Positions 30,523 through 43,500 of a DNA stretch of 64,000 nucleotides are shown one piece after another. Source of the DNA: Bacteroidia bacterium (lineage in GTDB: Bacteria; Bacteroidota; Bacteroidia; UBA4408); assembly GCA_020845635.1 (NCBI GenBank), contig JADLFI010000030.1, positions 54,678 through 118,677 on the forward strand, in the 5' to 3' direction. Position 1 is the stretch's first letter. Every line of letters begins with the position of its first letter. The notes below the pieces were generated by a model, which did not search any database, was not told the origin of the DNA, and worked only from the letters and a program-made list of their open reading frames with translations. The translations under genes and the position numbers were made by a program.

Positions 30523-33414
30523 ATGCATACCGATAAATTTGTAAACCGTCATAACGGACCGCGCACACACGAAATAAAATCAATGCTTAAAGTAATTCAT
30601 GCCGATTCGGTTGATACTTTAATTAACGAAACTGTACCTTCGGCTATTCGCTTAAAAAAACCCTTAAAAATTGATGCTCCAATGAGCGAATATCAATATT
30701 TGAATAATTTAAAAAATATTGCTGCTAAAAACAAAGTATATAAATCATATATAGGTTTAGGTTATTACAACACTATTATTCCGGCTGTAATACAACGTAA
30801 TATTCTGGAAAATCCCGGATGGTACACCGCCTACACTCCGTATCAGGCCGAAATAGCACAAGGGCGTTTAGAAGCTTTACTAAATTTCCAAACCATGATT
30901 ATGGACTTAACCCAAATGGAAATTGCCAATGCCTCATTGCTTGACGAAGGTACAGCCACAGCAGAAGCTATGGCTATGTTATTTCACAACCGAACAAAAG
31001 ATGCGGTTAAAAGAAATGCCAATAAGTTTTTTGTTGATGAAAATTGCTTTGAACAAAGTATTGATGTAATTAAAACAAGAGCTAATCCAATTGGGGTAGA
31101 AGTAATCATAGGTAATTATAAAACCATTCAACTCGACAATTCATTTTTTGGTGTACTCGTTCAATATCCGGGCAAAGATGGTGCTGTGGTTGACTACAAA
31201 CAATTTAGCGAAGAAGCAAAAAAACACGAAGCAGGTGTTATTGTTGCAGCCGATATTTTAAGTTTAGCTCTGCTTACCCCTCCGGGTTCCTGGGGAGCCG
31301 ATGTGGTAGTTGGCAATACACAGCGTTTTGGTGTGCCTATGGGCTTTGGTGGGCCACATGCTGCTTATTTTGCCTGTAAAGAAGAGTATAAAAGGGTTTT
31401 ACCCGGGCGAATTATTGGAGTATCAGTTGATGCTTCAGGAAATCCGGCACTACGTATGGCTTTGCAAACTCGCGAACAACATATAAGACGAGATAAAGCA
31501 ACTTCTAACATTTGTACAGCACAAGCTTTATTGGCTATTATGGCCGGAATGTTTACCGTATATCACGGCCCTGAAGGGATTAAAGGAATTGCCAAACAAG
31601 TACACTTATCGGCAGTTACTGTAGCCAAAGCCTTAAAAAACCTAGGTTACAGCATTACTCACCCTTTGTATTTTGATACCATAAAAGTAGAGCTGCCTGC
31701 AGGGGTTAATTGCAGTGAAATAGAAAGTATAGCATTAGGTTTAGGTATTAATTTTAATTACATCAATAGTAATACCTTAAGTATTGCTTTTGACCAAACC
31801 ACTCAAGAAGAGGATATAAAGGCTATTATAGCTTTATTTGCTTCGGCTGTCAAAAAGAGTAACCCTGCTGCTGTAAGTATTAATGAAGCAGATAATATTA
31901 TTGCAACCTCAGCTTTGGCACGAAAATCAGATATCCTTACGCATCCCATTTTCAGTATGTACCATTCTGAAAGTGAAATGATGCGTTATATCAAAAAATT
32001 AGAAAACAGAGATTTATCACTTACTCACTCAATGATTTCATTGGGTTCGTGCACTATGAAACTGAATGCTGCTGCTGAGTTGTACCCTATAACTTGGCCC
32101 GAGTTTGCCCATATTCATCCATTTGTTCCTAAAAATCAAGTCGAAGGATATTATGAAATTATTCATCAGTTAGAGAAAGATTTATGTGAAATTACAGGCT
32201 TTGCAGCAATGAGTTTTCAACCCAACTCAGGTGCTCAGGGTGAGTATGCCGGATTAATGGTAATCAGAGCCTATCATCACTCCAAAGGAGATACTCATAG
32301 AAAAGTTGCTTTAATTCCATCATCGGCTCATGGTACTAACCCTGCATCGGCTGCCATGTGTGGCATGAGTATAGTGGTGGTAAAATGCGATGAGAAAGGA
32401 AATATTGATGTGACTGACTTAAAAGAAAAAGCCGAGAAATATAAAAACGAACTTTCGTGTATTATGATTACTTATCCTTCTACACATGGTGTTTATGAAG
32501 AAAGCATTATTGAAATAGTAGATATTGTTCATAAAAACGGAGGGCAGGTGTATATGGACGGAGCCAATATGAATGCTCAGGTAGGTCTTACCAGTCCCGG
32601 AACTATTGGAGCAGATGTTTGCCATTTAAATCTTCACAAAACCTTTGCCATACCACATGGGGGTGGTGGTCCGGGTATGGGGCCAATTGGTGTAGCTGCT
32701 CATTTAGTACCATTCTTACCGGGTCATGTTTATGTTAAAACAGGTGGCAATAAAGCTATTAATGCTGTTTCGGCTGCTCCTTTTGGAAGTGCGCTAATAT
32801 TGCTAATTTCATACGGATATATTAAAATGTTGGGTGGCGAAGGTTTAACCGAGGCTACCAAAATGGCTATCTTAAATGCCAACTACATCAAAGAAAGATT
32901 ATTTAATGTATTCCCTACTTTATATAGTGGTAATAATGGTCGCTGTGCTCACGAAATGATATTGGATTGCCGTGAGTTTAAGCGTAATGCAGGAGTTGAA
33001 GTCGCTGATATTGCCAAGAGATTAATGGATTATGGGTTTCACGCACCTACAGTATCTTTCCCTGTAGCCGAAACGATTATGGTTGAACCTACCGAAAGTG
33101 AGTCAAAGGCAGAACTCGACCGGTTTTGTGAGGCCTTAATTGAGATAAAAAATGAAATTTATGAAATTGTTGAGGGTACATACTCTAAAGAAGATAATGT
33201 GTTGAAAAATGCACCACATACGGCAAAATCTGTTGTTAACAGTGAGTGGAAACATAGCTACAGTCGAGAAAAAGCAGTATTTCCGTTAAACTGGATTAAA
33301 GAGGCAAAATTCTGGCCAAGCGTTTCGCGTGTTGATAATGCACATGGCGATAGAAATCTAATTTGTGCTTGTCCTCCTATTGAATCTTATGAGAACCAGG
33401 CAGTTGAGGCGTAG
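30523..33414 (+). CDS. gcvP: Glycine dehydrogenase (decarboxylating), single-chain P-protein
   Basis: 963-aa protein. PLP-dependent GcvP N- and C-terminal halves. Conserved lysine region ([16 protein letters not shown]). Confidence 0.95.
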   Translation: MHTDKFVNRHNGPRTHEIKSMLKVIHADSVDTLINETVPSAIRLKKPLKIDAPMSEYQYLNNLKNIAAKNKVYKSYIGLGYYNTIIPAVIQRNILENPGWYTAYTPYQAEIAQGRLEALLNFQTMIMDLTQMEIANASLLDEGTATAEAMAMLFHNRTKDAVKRNANKFFVDENCFEQSIDVIKTRANPIGVEVIIGNYKTIQLDNSFFGVLVQYPGKDGAVVDYKQFSEEAKKHEAGVIVAADILSLALLTPPGSWGADVVVGNTQRFGVPMGFGGPHAAYFACKEEYKRVLPGRIIGVSVDASGNPALRMALQTREQHIRRDKATSNICTAQALLAIMAGMFTVYHGPEGIKGIAKQVHLSAVTVAKALKNLGYSITHPLYFDTIKVELPAGVNCSEIESIALGLGINFNYINSNTLSIAFDQTTQEEDIKAIIALFASAVKKSNPAAVSINEADNIIATSALARKSDILTHPIFSMYHSESEMMRYIKKLENRDLSLTHSMISLGSCTMKLNAAAELYPITWPEFAHIHPFVPKNQVEGYYEIIHQLEKDLCEITGFAAMSFQPNSGAQGEYAGLMVIRAYHHSKGDTHRKVALIPSSAHGTNPASAAMCGMSIVVVKCDEKGNIDVTDLKEKAEKYKNELSCIMITYPSTHGVYEESIIEIVDIVHKNGGQVYMDGANMNAQVGLTSPGTIGADVCHLNLHKTFAIPHGGGGPGMGPIGVAAHLVPFLPGHVYVKTGGNKAINAVSAAPFGSALILLISYGYIKMLGGEGLTEATKMAILNANYIKERLFNVFPTLYSGNNGRCAHEMILDCREFKRNAGVEVADIAKRLMDYGFHAPTVSFPVAETIMVEPTESESKAELDRFCEALIEIKNEIYEIVEGTYSKEDNVLKNAPHTAKSVVNSEWKHSYSREKAVFPLNWIKEAKFWPSVSRVDNAHGDRNLICACPPIESYENQAVEA

Positions 33415-33440
33415 AAATATAGTTAAGCATATATTTTCTT

Positions 33441-33761
33441 ATGTTTCTTTCCCATTCCTTTGGTAATTACAATATTAATTATATACCTATTGGAAAATTA
33501 TTTCCTAGTATTGGCAATAGTTTTAATAGTAGCTTATATTCGAAAACAAGCGAAACTGTTTGTAAATATGAAGCTCATAAAGTAATTCAGAAGAGTATTA
33601 CACACAAAGAAATTCTTGCACACCCTACCCAAGGATATATTGTAAGTTATTCTTCTATTACGAGTATTTATCCGGCAAAGTCTTATAACCAAGCCGGCTT
33701 TGCTTTTGTCGCTGAAAGTGATGGTGGAATGTCGGGTTCTAAAGCATTTCCAATAGTGTAA
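33441..33761 (+). CDS. Hypothetical small protein (uncertain)
   Basis: 106-aa ORF in the gcvP-downstream spacer with no motifs. It could be non-coding. Confidence 0.2.
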   Translation: MFLSHSFGNYNINYIPIGKLFPSIGNSFNSSLYSKTSETVCKYEAHKVIQKSITHKEILAHPTQGYIVSYSSITSIYPAKSYNQAGFAFVAESDGGMSGSKAFPIV

Positions 33762-33898
33762 GCCTTTAAACCCCGATATTTCTCACTATGCAGTATCAAA
33801 TACATGGCTTTAGCATTTCACAATAAAGTTTTCAGTTACTTAGTAAAAATTAAATTAATAAAAGTTAATATCCATTTACAAGGTAATTCTTAATATTT

Positions 33899-34840
33899 TT
33901 GAGTTTTCTTAATCATAAATATATGTATAGTAATAGATTCTCTCAATTCGCAGTAATTCTTTGTACCGTTATATCCCTTAATAGTAAGGCTGAGATTTCG
34001 TACTCCCAAAACGACACCCTGAACAAACAGTATTTTGACAGTTTATCCTACAGCCTATATCAATCACCCGGAGGTGGGTATGTGTCGGGCAACAATGCAT
34101 ATCATGATAAAGCTAAGGTTCAAGAGTTTAAAGCCGGGAACTTATGCAATATATTTGCTGTAATGATGAACTTTGGATACAAAGCCTACCACTCTTTAAA
34201 CGATTCTTCATACCTATACATAAATTATTATGCTATGGATAATCTTGGCAAAACTACAGCAAGTAATAGCGCACTTTGCCCGGGAAACATTATTTTCAAA
34301 GATTCCTTAAAGGTAAGTGATATAGATACAACTAATGGCAACATGTTTGTTTATAATAGTCCTATATTTACCGATAGTAATTTTGCCATTGGGATTGATT
34401 TTGAACATTTGTTTCAAGCTGACACGGTTGCTTTGTACACCAACAAAGATGGCGATGCCGGAAACCGAGAACAATCGTGGGAACAAGATGCTTCGGGTCA
34501 ATGGTACAGCCTAAAATATAACTGGCCGTTAAATGCCGATTATGCCATTTTTCCTATAGTTAATACTTCGCTTGGACTAATACCTGTTTCTACCGGAAAT
34601 AGCAATATTATTGTATTCCCTAACCCTTCAACAAATGAAATAATTAATGTTTATGGTCAATTCTCTAATGAGTATGTAGTAAATTTATTCAATGCCTCAT
34701 TTCAGAAAGTTCCATACAAAATAGTTTATAAAACCGATAAAAATTTGCAGATACAACCCGAAATTACCAGCAGAGGAATATACTTTTTACAAGTTAAGAG
34801 CAAAACAGGTATATCGTTCAACAAAATAATTATACAATAA
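33899..34840 (+). CDS. T9SS-secreted hypothetical protein
   Basis: Signal peptide (probable start MYSNRFSQFAVILC at 33923). C-terminal T9SS sorting domain (IVFPNPSTNEIINV...IYFLQVKS). Confidence 0.7.
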   Translation: MSFLNHKYMYSNRFSQFAVILCTVISLNSKAEISYSQNDTLNKQYFDSLSYSLYQSPGGGYVSGNNAYHDKAKVQEFKAGNLCNIFAVMMNFGYKAYHSLNDSSYLYINYYAMDNLGKTTASNSALCPGNIIFKDSLKVSDIDTTNGNMFVYNSPIFTDSNFAIGIDFEHLFQADTVALYTNKDGDAGNREQSWEQDASGQWYSLKYNWPLNADYAIFPIVNTSLGLIPVSTGNSNIIVFPNPSTNEIINVYGQFSNEYVVNLFNASFQKVPYKIVYKTDKNLQIQPEITSRGIYFLQVKSKTGISFNKIIIQ

Positions 34841-35067
34841 AAAAGCGACAAATCAAGGTAATATTAGATAAATAAGTGTCCAAAGAATAATTAAAACTAT
34901 TAATTATCAACAGTTTAAGTAAACACAAAATACTTTTCAAAAATTATTAACCATTTTTTTTGGTATATAGCAAATTTACAATTATTTTTGGGAAACCCTT
35001 TGGCTTAAACAGAAATTAAGCCTAGCGTAAAGTTAAAATTTATTCACTAAAATGGAGGAAATAATCT

Positions 35068-35367
35068 ATGAAAGTCCAAATTCAGTCAATTCACTTTGAT
35101 GCAGACAAGAAATTGCTAGCATTTATTCAGGATAAAGTTGAAAAGTTAAATCAGTTTCATGATGGGATTATTGAAGGTAACGTATTTCTAAGAATAGAAA
35201 AAAACGACACAGCCGAAAATAAAGTAGCAGAAATAAAACTAAGGGTAACAGGTCAGGATTTATTTGCCAAAAGAAACTGCCAAACGTTTGAAGAAGCCAT
35301 AGACACTTCGATTGACGCACTTACCAAACAGTTAAAAAAACACAAGGAAAAGCTAAAAGGAATATAA
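35068..35367 (+). CDS. hpf: Ribosome hibernation promoting factor / ribosome-associated inhibitor A (short form)
   Basis: 99-aa protein MKVQIQSIHFDADKKLLAFIQDKVEKL..., the RaiA/HPF family signature. Confidence 0.85.
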   Translation: MKVQIQSIHFDADKKLLAFIQDKVEKLNQFHDGIIEGNVFLRIEKNDTAENKVAEIKLRVTGQDLFAKRNCQTFEEAIDTSIDALTKQLKKHKEKLKGI

Positions 35368-35435
35368 AAAATTATTTTTTGTGGATTTTTCTTTGAAAAA
35401 ATAAAAATAAGTTTTGTAAATAAAAAATAGATTTA

Positions 35436-35443
35436 TACATTTG
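35436..35443 (+). promoter_or_regulatory. Bacteroidetes sigma-A -7 element (TAnnTTTG) for the tRNA-tuf operon
   Basis: TACATTTG lies about 70 nt upstream of tRNA-Thr. An identical TACATTTG sits at 2604..2611 upstream of tRNA-Glu. Confidence 0.4.
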
Positions 35444-35515
35444 CAGTCCTTTTTTAGAAGAGGGCTGCATTTTTTGTGTAAAAAAATAAGTCTTTTAGAA
35501 ACAAAAGGGAAATAA

Positions 35516-35589
35516 GCCGATGTAGCTCAGTTGGCCAGAGCAGCTGATTTGTAATCAGCTGGTCGGGGGTTCGAATCCCTCCATCGGCT
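35516..35589 (+). tRNA. tRNA-Thr (anticodon TGT)
   Basis: Acceptor GCCGATG/CATCGGC, anticodon loop TTTGTAA, T-arm GGTTCGAATCC. Confidence 0.85.
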
Positions 35590-35641
35590 CGCAAAAGTTC
35601 TTTGAATTTGAATAGTATTTTAATTTTGTAAAAATTAGTTT

Positions 35642-35724
35642 GGGGAGATTCCAGAGTGGCCAAATGGATCAGACTGTAAATCTGCCGTCTTTCGACTTCG
35701 GAGGTTCGAATCCTCCTCTCCCCA
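35642..35724 (+). tRNA. tRNA-Tyr (anticodon GTA), long variable arm
   Basis: Acceptor GGGGAGA/TCTCCCC, anticodon loop ACTGTAA, long variable arm, T-arm GGTTCGAATCC. Confidence 0.85.
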
Positions 35725-35759
35725 CAGAATATTACAAAATCATATATTGTAAAAAATAA

Positions 35760-35832
35760 GCGGAAGTAGCTCATTTGGTAGAGCGTCAGCCTTCCAAGCT
35801 GAGGGTGGCCGGTTCGAGCCCGGTCTTCCGCT
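35760..35832 (+). tRNA. tRNA-Gly (anticodon TCC)
   Basis: Acceptor GCGGAAG/CTTCCGC, anticodon loop CTTCCAA. Confidence 0.85.
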
Positions 35833-35866
35833 CTATTTTTTTTAAAGTTTCGGCTATTCTTTACCG

Positions 35867-35938
35867 GCCGTTGTAGCTCAGTGGCAGAGCACTTCCTTGG
35901 TAAGGACGAGGTCGAGGGTTCAATTCCCTCCAACGGCT
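35867..35938 (+). tRNA. tRNA-Thr (anticodon GGT)
   Basis: Acceptor GCCGTTG/CAACGGC, anticodon loop TTGGTAA (one stem mismatch), T-arm GGGTTCAATTCCC. Confidence 0.8.
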
Positions 35939-36018
35939 CAAAACTTTAAAAAAATTAATATTAAATATCATAAACAAACAACTAACAAAAATAAACACAA
36001 CTTAAATCAATTATTGCA

Positions 36019-37206
36019 ATGGCAAAAGAAAAATTCGACCGCTCCAAACCGCATGTTAATATTGGTACAATTGGTCACGTTGACCATGGTAAAACAACCT
36101 TAACTGCTGCTATTTCTTCAGTATTGGCTGCCCAAGGTTTAGCTGAAAAAAGAGACTTCTCAACAATTGACAATGCTCCTGAAGAAAAAGAAAGAGGTAT
36201 TACTATTAATACTTCTCACGTAGAATATCAAACAGCAAACCGTCACTATGCGCACGTTGACTGTCCGGGTCACGCTGACTATGTAAAGAACATGGTAACA
36301 GGTGCGGCTCAGATGGATGGTGCTATTTTGGTGGTTGCTTCTACCGATGGTCCAATGCCTCAAACACGTGAGCATATTCTATTAGCGCGTCAGGTAGGTG
36401 TACCTAGAATTGTTGTATTTATGAACAAAGTAGATATGGTTGACGATGCTGAATTGTTAGACTTAGTTGAAATGGAAATTCGTGAATTATTATCTTTTTA
36501 CCAATTTGATGGCGATAATACACCTATTATCCGTGGTTCTGCTCTTGGTGCATTAAATGGTGAACCAAAATGGGTTGAAAAAGTAAACGAACTAATGGCT
36601 GCTGTAGATTCTTATATCCCGGTGCCTCCACGTGAAGTTGAAAAGCCTTTCCTAATGCCTGTTGAAGATGTATTCTCAATTACCGGTCGTGGTACTGTAG
36701 CTACCGGAAGAATTGAAACAGGTATTATAAACTCCGGTGAAGAGGTTGAAATCTTAGGAATGCAAGAAGAAAAATTAAAATCAACCGTAACCGGTGTTGA
36801 AATGTTCCGTAAGATATTAGACAAGGGTGAAGCAGGAGATAACGTAGGTTTATTATTACGTGGTATTGACAAGAACGAAATCCGTAGAGGAATGGTAATT
36901 GCAAAACCTGGTTCTATAACTCCACATACTGTTTTCAAAGCTGAAATTTATGTTTTGAAAAAAGAAGAAGGTGGTCGTCATACCCCATTCCATAACAAAT
37001 ACCGTCCGCAATTCTACTTACGTACAACTGACGTAACCGGAGAAATTGAATTGCCTGAAGGACGTGAAATGGTAATGCCTGGCGATAACGTAACAATAAC
37101 CGTTAAATTAATCGTTCCTGTTGCTATGGACAAAGGCTTACGTTTTGCTATCCGCGAAGGTGGTAGAACTGTTGGTGCCGGTCAGGTAATAGAAATAGTG
37201 AAGTAA
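36019..37206 (+). CDS. tuf: Elongation factor Tu
   Basis: [22 protein letters not shown] motifs and a full-length EF-Tu. Confidence 0.97.
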   Translation: MAKEKFDRSKPHVNIGTIGHVDHGKTTLTAAISSVLAAQGLAEKRDFSTIDNAPEEKERGITINTSHVEYQTANRHYAHVDCPGHADYVKNMVTGAAQMDGAILVVASTDGPMPQTREHILLARQVGVPRIVVFMNKVDMVDDAELLDLVEMEIRELLSFYQFDGDNTPIIRGSALGALNGEPKWVEKVNELMAAVDSYIPVPPREVEKPFLMPVEDVFSITGRGTVATGRIETGIINSGEEVEILGMQEEKLKSTVTGVEMFRKILDKGEAGDNVGLLLRGIDKNEIRRGMVIAKPGSITPHTVFKAEIYVLKKEEGGRHTPFHNKYRPQFYLRTTDVTGEIELPEGREMVMPGDNVTITVKLIVPVAMDKGLRFAIREGGRTVGAGQVIEIVK

Positions 37207-37296
37207 TAAATATTGGTATTGGATACTTAATATTAAATAATGGCGATTAATTTCGCCATTATTACTGCTCTAATCCACTACCACTGTTAACACTAA

Positions 37297-37367
37297 ACGG
37301 GCGTAGTTCAAGGGTAGAATAGAAGTCTCCAAAACTTTTGATGGGAGTTCGAATCTCTCCGCCCGTG
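37297..37367 (+). tRNA. tRNA-Trp (anticodon CCA)
   Basis: Acceptor ACGGGCG/CGCCCGT, anticodon loop CTCCAAA, T-arm GAGTTCGAATCTC. Confidence 0.8.
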
Positions 37368-37401
37368 CAAATACATAGAGTCATAAATTTAAGATAGGAC
37401 A

Positions 37402-37596
37402 ATGAACAAAATTAAATTATATATTGAAGATGCTTACCAAGAACTGGTGCATAAAGTAACTTGGCCAACTTGGAGCGAAGCACAAAATAGTGCTGTAATT
37501 GTAATGATTGCTTCTTTAATTATTGCTTTAATAGTGTTAGGAATGGATTCCGGTTTTAGATTTATTATGGAAAATCTTTATAAGCTTGCCAACTAA
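37402..37596 (+). CDS. secE: Preprotein translocase subunit SecE
   Basis: 64-aa protein with a single TM helix, at the conserved position before nusG. Confidence 0.85.
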   Translation: MNKIKLYIEDAYQELVHKVTWPTWSEAQNSAVIVMIASLIIALIVLGMDSGFRFIMENLYKLAN

Positions 37597-37601
37597 AAAT
37601 A

Positions 37602-38174
37602 ATGAACACAACTTCTAATGATATTGTAAAAAAGTGGTATGTTGTTCGAACCGTTAGCGGTAAGGAAAAAAAGGTAAAACAATATATTGAGCTCGAAATT
37701 GGACGTTTGGGGATGTTGGATTATGTTTCACAGGTTCTTATTCCTACCGAGAAAGTTTATCAATTTAAAAATGGTAAAAAAGTAAGTAAAGAAAGGAGTT
37801 TTTTTCCGGGATATATCCTTATTGAAGTAGCATTAGTTGGTGAAATTGAGCATACCATAAAAAATATTACCGGAGTAATAGGTTTTTTGGGCGAGAAATC
37901 AGGTGAACCTACCCCTTTAAGAATGTCGGAAGTAAATAGAATATTAGGAAAAGTTGACGAATTGGCCGAAAGCGAGGCTGAACTTAATATATCTTTCAGA
38001 GTAGGCGAAACAGTAAAAGTAATTGACGGACCATTTAATAATTTTAGCGGAGAAATTGAAGAAATAAATGAAGAAAAGAAAAAGCTAAAAGTAATGGTTA
38101 AAATATTTGAGAGAAGAACTCCATTAGAGTTAAGCTATATGCAAGTAGAAAAAGATAAATCACAAGGAGAGTAA
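37602..38174 (+). CDS. nusG: Transcription termination/antitermination factor NusG
   Basis: NGN domain ([15 protein letters not shown]) and KOW motif ([18 protein letters not shown]). Confidence 0.95.
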   Translation: MNTTSNDIVKKWYVVRTVSGKEKKVKQYIELEIGRLGMLDYVSQVLIPTEKVYQFKNGKKVSKERSFFPGYILIEVALVGEIEHTIKNITGVIGFLGEKSGEPTPLRMSEVNRILGKVDELAESEAELNISFRVGETVKVIDGPFNNFSGEIEEINEEKKKLKVMVKIFERRTPLELSYMQVEKDKSQGE

Positions 38175-38202
38175 TAAAAAATATCATAAAGCAATATTAA
38201 AA

Positions 38203-38646
38203 ATGGCTAGAGAAATTACAGGATATGTAAAATTACAAGTAAAAGGAGGAGCAGCAAATCCATCACCTCCAATTGGACCTGCCTTAGGTTCTAAGGGTGT
38301 AAATATTATGGAGTTTTGCAAGCAGTTTAATGCCAGAACACAAGATCGTCCGGGAAAAATATTACCCGTATTGATTACCGTTTATTCTGATAAATCATTT
38401 GATTTTATCATTAAAACACCTCCGGCTGCTGCACAATTAATGGAAATGGCAAAAGTAAAATCTGGAAGTGCAGAGTCAAATAGAAAGAAAGTAGGAAGTG
38501 TAACCTGGGAACAGGTAAGAGCAATTGCCGAAGATAAAATGCCTGACCTGAACTGCTTTACAGTAGAAAAGGCTATGAGCATGGTTGCCGGAACAGCCCG
38601 TAGTATGGGTATTACCGTTACCGGTGAATCGCCTTTGGCAAAGTAA
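38203..38646 (+). CDS. rplK: 50S ribosomal protein L11
   Basis: Highly conserved L11 sequence ([22 protein letters not shown]). Confidence 0.95.
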   Translation: MAREITGYVKLQVKGGAANPSPPIGPALGSKGVNIMEFCKQFNARTQDRPGKILPVLITVYSDKSFDFIIKTPPAAAQLMEMAKVKSGSAESNRKKVGSVTWEQVRAIAEDKMPDLNCFTVEKAMSMVAGTARSMGITVTGESPLAK

Positions 38647-38716
38647 TACAATAGTATTAACAGATGGAGCTTTTTTAATTATTTAAAAGAGCGTTTGGAC
38701 ATCAAAATTTATAATA

Positions 38717-39409
38717 ATGAGTAAATTAACCAAAAACAGAAAAAAAGTATTGGGCTTGGTAGAAAAAAACAAAGCCTATACCTTAGCAGAAGCCAGTAAA
38801 CTGGTAAAAGAAATTACCACCACTAAATTCGACTCATCAGTTGACATCAGTGTAAGACTGGGAGTTGATCCTCGCAAAGCCAACCAAATGGTTAGAGGTA
38901 TTGTAACATTACCGCACGGAACAGGAAAAGTTGTTAGAGTATTAGTACTATGTACACCTGACAAAGAAGCCGAAGCAAAAGCTGCCGGAGCCGACTATGT
39001 TGGATTAGATGAATATATTGACAAAATTAAAGGCGGCTGGACCGATGTAGATGTTATAATAACTATGCCATCGGTAATGGGCAAAGTTGGTGCATTAGGT
39101 AAAATTTTAGGCCCCAGAGGTTTAATGCCTAATCCAAAAACCGGTACTGTTACTCTTGAAGTTGGAAAAGCGGTTACCGAAGTAAAAGGCGGAAAAATTG
39201 ATTTTAAGGTAGATAAAGCCGGAATTATTCATACGGCCATAGGCAAAGTATCGTTTGCCAGTGAAAAAATTGCTGAAAATGCACAAGAGCTATTGCAATC
39301 AATTATTAAATTAAAGCCATCTGCTGCCAAAGGTGTTTACATTAAAAGTGTTTACATTTCGAGCACCATGAGCCCAAGTGTTATGATTGAAACTAAATCA
39401 ATAGCATAA
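38717..39409 (+). CDS. rplA: 50S ribosomal protein L1
   Basis: Conserved L1 sequence. Confidence 0.95.
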   Translation: MSKLTKNRKKVLGLVEKNKAYTLAEASKLVKEITTTKFDSSVDISVRLGVDPRKANQMVRGIVTLPHGTGKVVRVLVLCTPDKEAEAKAAGADYVGLDEYIDKIKGGWTDVDVIITMPSVMGKVGALGKILGPRGLMPNPKTGTVTLEVGKAVTEVKGGKIDFKVDKAGIIHTAIGKVSFASEKIAENAQELLQSIIKLKPSAAKGVYIKSVYISSTMSPSVMIETKSIA

Positions 39410-39456
39410 TTTCAGTAATCATAGTAAAATTAATTTTAAGCTAAATATTTAGAACA

Positions 39457-39981
39457 ATGAAAACAAGAGAGGATAAAGAACAACTAATCAATGAATTAGT
39501 TACCGATTTACAAAACAATCCGAACTTCTACATAACAGACACTTCAACCCTAACTGTTGAAAAGACCAACGCCCTTAGAAAAGCTTGTTTTAAGAATAAT
39601 ATAACTTTAAAAGTTGTAAAAAACACCTTATTGCAAAAAGCAATGTTGCGTAGCGAAAAAAACTATGAGGAATTATTCTCTGTCTTAAAAGGGACAAGCG
39701 CTGTTATGTTTTGTGAGGTAGGTAATGTGCCTGCAAAACTTATTAAGGAGTTCAGAGCTAAAAACGATAGACCTATTTTAAAAGCAGCTTATGTTGAAGA
39801 GTGTTCTTATATAGGTGATAATCAACTTGAAACCTTGGCAAACATCAAGAGCAAAAACGAACTTATTGGCGAAATTATCGGCTTATTACAAAGTCCTGCC
39901 AAGAATGTTATCAGCGCTCTTAAATCAGGCGGAGGCAAAATTGCCGGAATTGTAAAAACACTTTCTGAAAAGCCTGAATAA
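39457..39981 (+). CDS. rplJ: 50S ribosomal protein L10
   Basis: Conserved L10, at the conserved operon position. Confidence 0.93.
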   Translation: MKTREDKEQLINELVTDLQNNPNFYITDTSTLTVEKTNALRKACFKNNITLKVVKNTLLQKAMLRSEKNYEELFSVLKGTSAVMFCEVGNVPAKLIKEFRAKNDRPILKAAYVEECSYIGDNQLETLANIKSKNELIGEIIGLLQSPAKNVISALKSGGGKIAGIVKTLSEKPE

Positions 39982-40045
39982 AAGAAAAAATAAATAATCA
40001 ACAATAAACAACAAATAAATACTAATCAATTAAATAACAATTAAA

Positions 40046-40426
40046 ATGGCAGATTTAAAAGCTTTTGCTGAACAATTAGTAAACTTAACCGTTAAAGAAG
40101 TAAACGAGTTAGCTCAAATTTTAAAAGACGAATATGGTATTGAGCCTGCTGCAGCCGCTGCTGTAGTTGCTGCTCCTGCCGGTGGTGCAGGTGCAGGTGC
40201 CGGTGCCGCAGAAAAAACATCATTCGATGTAATTCTTAAGAATGCCGGTGCTGCAAAATTAGGTGTAGTAAAGGTGGTTAAGGATATTACCGGATTAGGT
40301 TTAAAAGAAGCTAAAGATTTAGTTGACGGTGCCCCAAAACCAGTTAAGGAAGGTATTTCTAAAGAAGATGCTGAGTCAATTAAGAAACAATTAGAAGAAG
40401 CAGGCGCTGAGGTTGAAGTTAAGTAA
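40046..40426 (+). CDS. rplL: 50S ribosomal protein L7/L12
   Basis: Ala-rich hinge ([21 protein letters not shown]) and a conserved CTD. Confidence 0.95.
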   Translation: MADLKAFAEQLVNLTVKEVNELAQILKDEYGIEPAAAAAVVAAPAGGAGAGAGAAEKTSFDVILKNAGAAKLGVVKVVKDITGLGLKEAKDLVDGAPKPVKEGISKEDAESIKKQLEEAGAEVEVK

Positions 40427-40459
40427 GAAGTTTCTTAAATACAACTGATATGGTAAAGA

Positions 40460-40492
40460 CCTCCAATGATAAATATCAATGGAGGCTTTCCC
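40460..40492 (+). promoter_or_regulatory. Putative rplL-rpoB intergenic attenuator hairpin
   Basis: Near-perfect inverted repeat CCTCCAATGATA-AA-TATCAATGGAGG followed by CTTTCCC, with no clean T-tract. A partial terminator at this junction is classical in bacteria. Confidence 0.35.
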
Positions 40493-40540
40493 ATTTGTAA
40501 TTTAGTGCAATAATCTTAATAATTTTCAATTTAAAGCACC

Positions 40541-43500
40541 TTGACAACAAAAACCAAAACCCCCAGAATAAATTTTTCATCTATTAAAAATCAGATTCCT
40601 TATCCTGATTTTTTAGATATACAAGTAAAATCATTTCAGGACTTTTTTCAATTAGAAACTACGCCTGAAAATAGAAAAAACGAAGGACTTTTTCAAGTGT
40701 TTGCTGAAAACTTTCCTATTACCGATGCACGTAATAATTTTGTGCTCGAATTTCTTGATTATTTTATTGATCCGCCACGTTACAGTATTGAAGAGTGTAT
40801 TGAACGTGGCTTAACGTATAGTGTACCTTTAAAAGCAAAGCTAAAGCTCTACTGTACCGACCCCGAACACGAAGATTTTGAAACTATTATTCAGGATGTA
40901 TATTTGGGAACTATTCCTTATATGACACCTAAAGGTACTTTTGTGGTAAATGGTGCCGAAAGAGTAATTGTTTCACAGTTACACAGGTCTCCGGGTGTAT
41001 TTTTTGGTCAAAGCCGACATGCCAACGGAACAAAGTTATACTCTGCTCGTATTATTCCTTTCAAAGGCTCATGGATTGAGTTTGCTACCGATATCAACAA
41101 TGTAATGTATGCCTATATTGACAGGAAAAAGAAATTGCCTGTTACAACATTACTTAGAGCTATTGGGTACGAAAGCGATAAAGATATTTTAGGTATCTTT
41201 AATTTAGCCGATGAGTTTAAAATTACAAAAACCGGAATAAAAAAGGCATTGGGAAGAAAATTAGCAGCTCGTGTACTAAAAACATGGGTTGAAGATTTTG
41301 TTGATGAAGACACCGGTGAAGTTGTATCTGTAGAGCGTAATGAAATTATTATTGAACGTGAAACAATATTAGAAAACCATCATTTAGACCAGATTCTGGA
41401 TGCTAATGTAAAATCTATTATATTGCATCGCGAAGATATTAACTCAGCCGATTACGCCATTATTTACAATACCTTACAAAAAGATACATCTAACTCAGAA
41501 AAAGAAGCTGTAGAGCATATATACAGGCAATTGCGTAATGCCGAACCTCCTGACGAAGAAACAGCAAGAGGAATTATTGATAAATTATTCTTTAGCGACA
41601 AACGATATGACTTAGGAGTAGTGGGGCGTTTTAGAATTAACAAAAAACTAAACCTAGATATTGCCGAAGATACAAAAGTTTTAACCAAAGAAGACATTAT
41701 TTCAATTATTAAATATTTAATTGAATTAATTAACTCTAAGGCCGATGTTGATGATATTGACCATTTAAGTAACAGAAGAGTACGTACCGTTGGCGAACAA
41801 TTATATGCTCAATTTGGAGTTGGCTTGTCTCGTATGGCTCGTACTATACGTGAAAGAATGAATGTACGCGATAATGAAGTATTTACCCCTACTGATTTGA
41901 TTAATGCCAAAACATTATCATCAGTAATAAATTCATTCTTCGGAACCAATCAGCTTTCTCAGTTTATGGATCAAACCAATCCGTTAGCTGAAATAGCCCA
42001 TAAAAGAAGATTATCGGCACTCGGACCGGGAGGTTTATCAAGAGAGCGTGCCGGATTTGAGGTTCGTGACGTACATTATACACACTACGGGCGTTTATGT
42101 ACTATTGAAACCCCTGAAGGTCCTAATATCGGATTAATATCATCTCTGTGTGTTTATGCCAAAATCAATAAACTCGGATTTATTGAAACTCCGTATCGTA
42201 AGGTAGAAGGAGGAAAAATAAATGCCGATGAAGATATAGTATATTTAAGCGCAGAGCAAGAATATGAAAAAACTATTGCTCAGGCAAATGTTGATTTTGA
42301 CAATCAAGGAAATATACTAACCCAGCGCGTAAAGGCCAGAAATGGCGGAGATTTGCCAATTGTTGAACCAAGCGAAGTTAATCTAATTGACGTAGCTCCC
42401 AACCAAATTGCATCCATTGCGGCATCCTTAATTCCATTCTTGGAGCATGATGATGCGAATCGTGCTTTGATGGGGTCTAACATGCAGCGCCAAGCAGTTC
42501 CTTTGTTACGTCCAGAAGCTCCAATTGTAGGTACAGGATTAGAACCGCTTGTTGCAAGAGATTCAAGAGTACTGATAAATGCCGAGGGCGAAGGTGTGGT
42601 TGAATATGTTGATGCTAATGAAATTGTTATCAGATACAACCGTACAGATGAAGAAAGATTAGTTAGTTTTGACGGAGATGTAAAAAAGTATAACTTAACC
42701 AAATTCAGAAAAACTAATCAAAATACATGTATCAACCTTAAACCTATTGTTACAAAAGGCGAAACAGTAAATAAAGGACAAGTACTTTGCGAAGGTTATG
42801 CCACACAAAATGGAGAATTGGCACTAGGAAGAAACCTTAAAGTAGCCTTTATGCCATGGAAAGGATATAATTTTGAAGATGCTATTGTTATCTCCGAGAG
42901 AGTTGCCCGTGAGGATATATTTACCTCTTTGCATATTGATGAGTATGTTTTGGAGGTTAGAGATACCAAGCGTGGACTTGAAGAGTTAACCAATGATATT
43001 CCAAATGTAAGTGAGGAAGCCACTCGCGAGCTTGACTCTAATGGGTTAATTAGAGTAGGAGCCGAGGTTAAAGAAGGTGATATTTTAATTGGAAAAATTA
43101 CGCCTAAAGGAGAAACAGACCCATCACCGGAAGAAAAATTATTACGAGCCATATTTGGCGATAAAGCCGGAGATGTAAAAGATGCTTCATTAAAAGCTCC
43201 TCCTTCATTACGAGGAGTTGTTATTGATAAGAAGTTGTTTAGCCGAGTAATTAAAGATAAAAAGGCCAAGAGCGAGGAAAAACCAATTTTAGCCAAACTT
43301 GATGAAGAATACCATCAAGAGGCAGCAGAATTGAAAAACAAGCTTATTGAAAAACTTTTTGTTTTGGTAAATGGCAAAACATCACAAGGTGTTCAAACCA
43401 ATTTTAAAGAAGTTGTTATTGCTAAAGGAACAAAATTTGCTCAAAAGCAATTAGCCGGCATTGATTATGCAAACATTAATCCGGGTAAATGGACTACCGA

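Noticed and set aside
35454-35933. 159-aa minus-strand ORF spanning the tRNA cluster
   Set aside because: It overlaps four well-folded tRNA genes on the opposite strand, so it is spurious.
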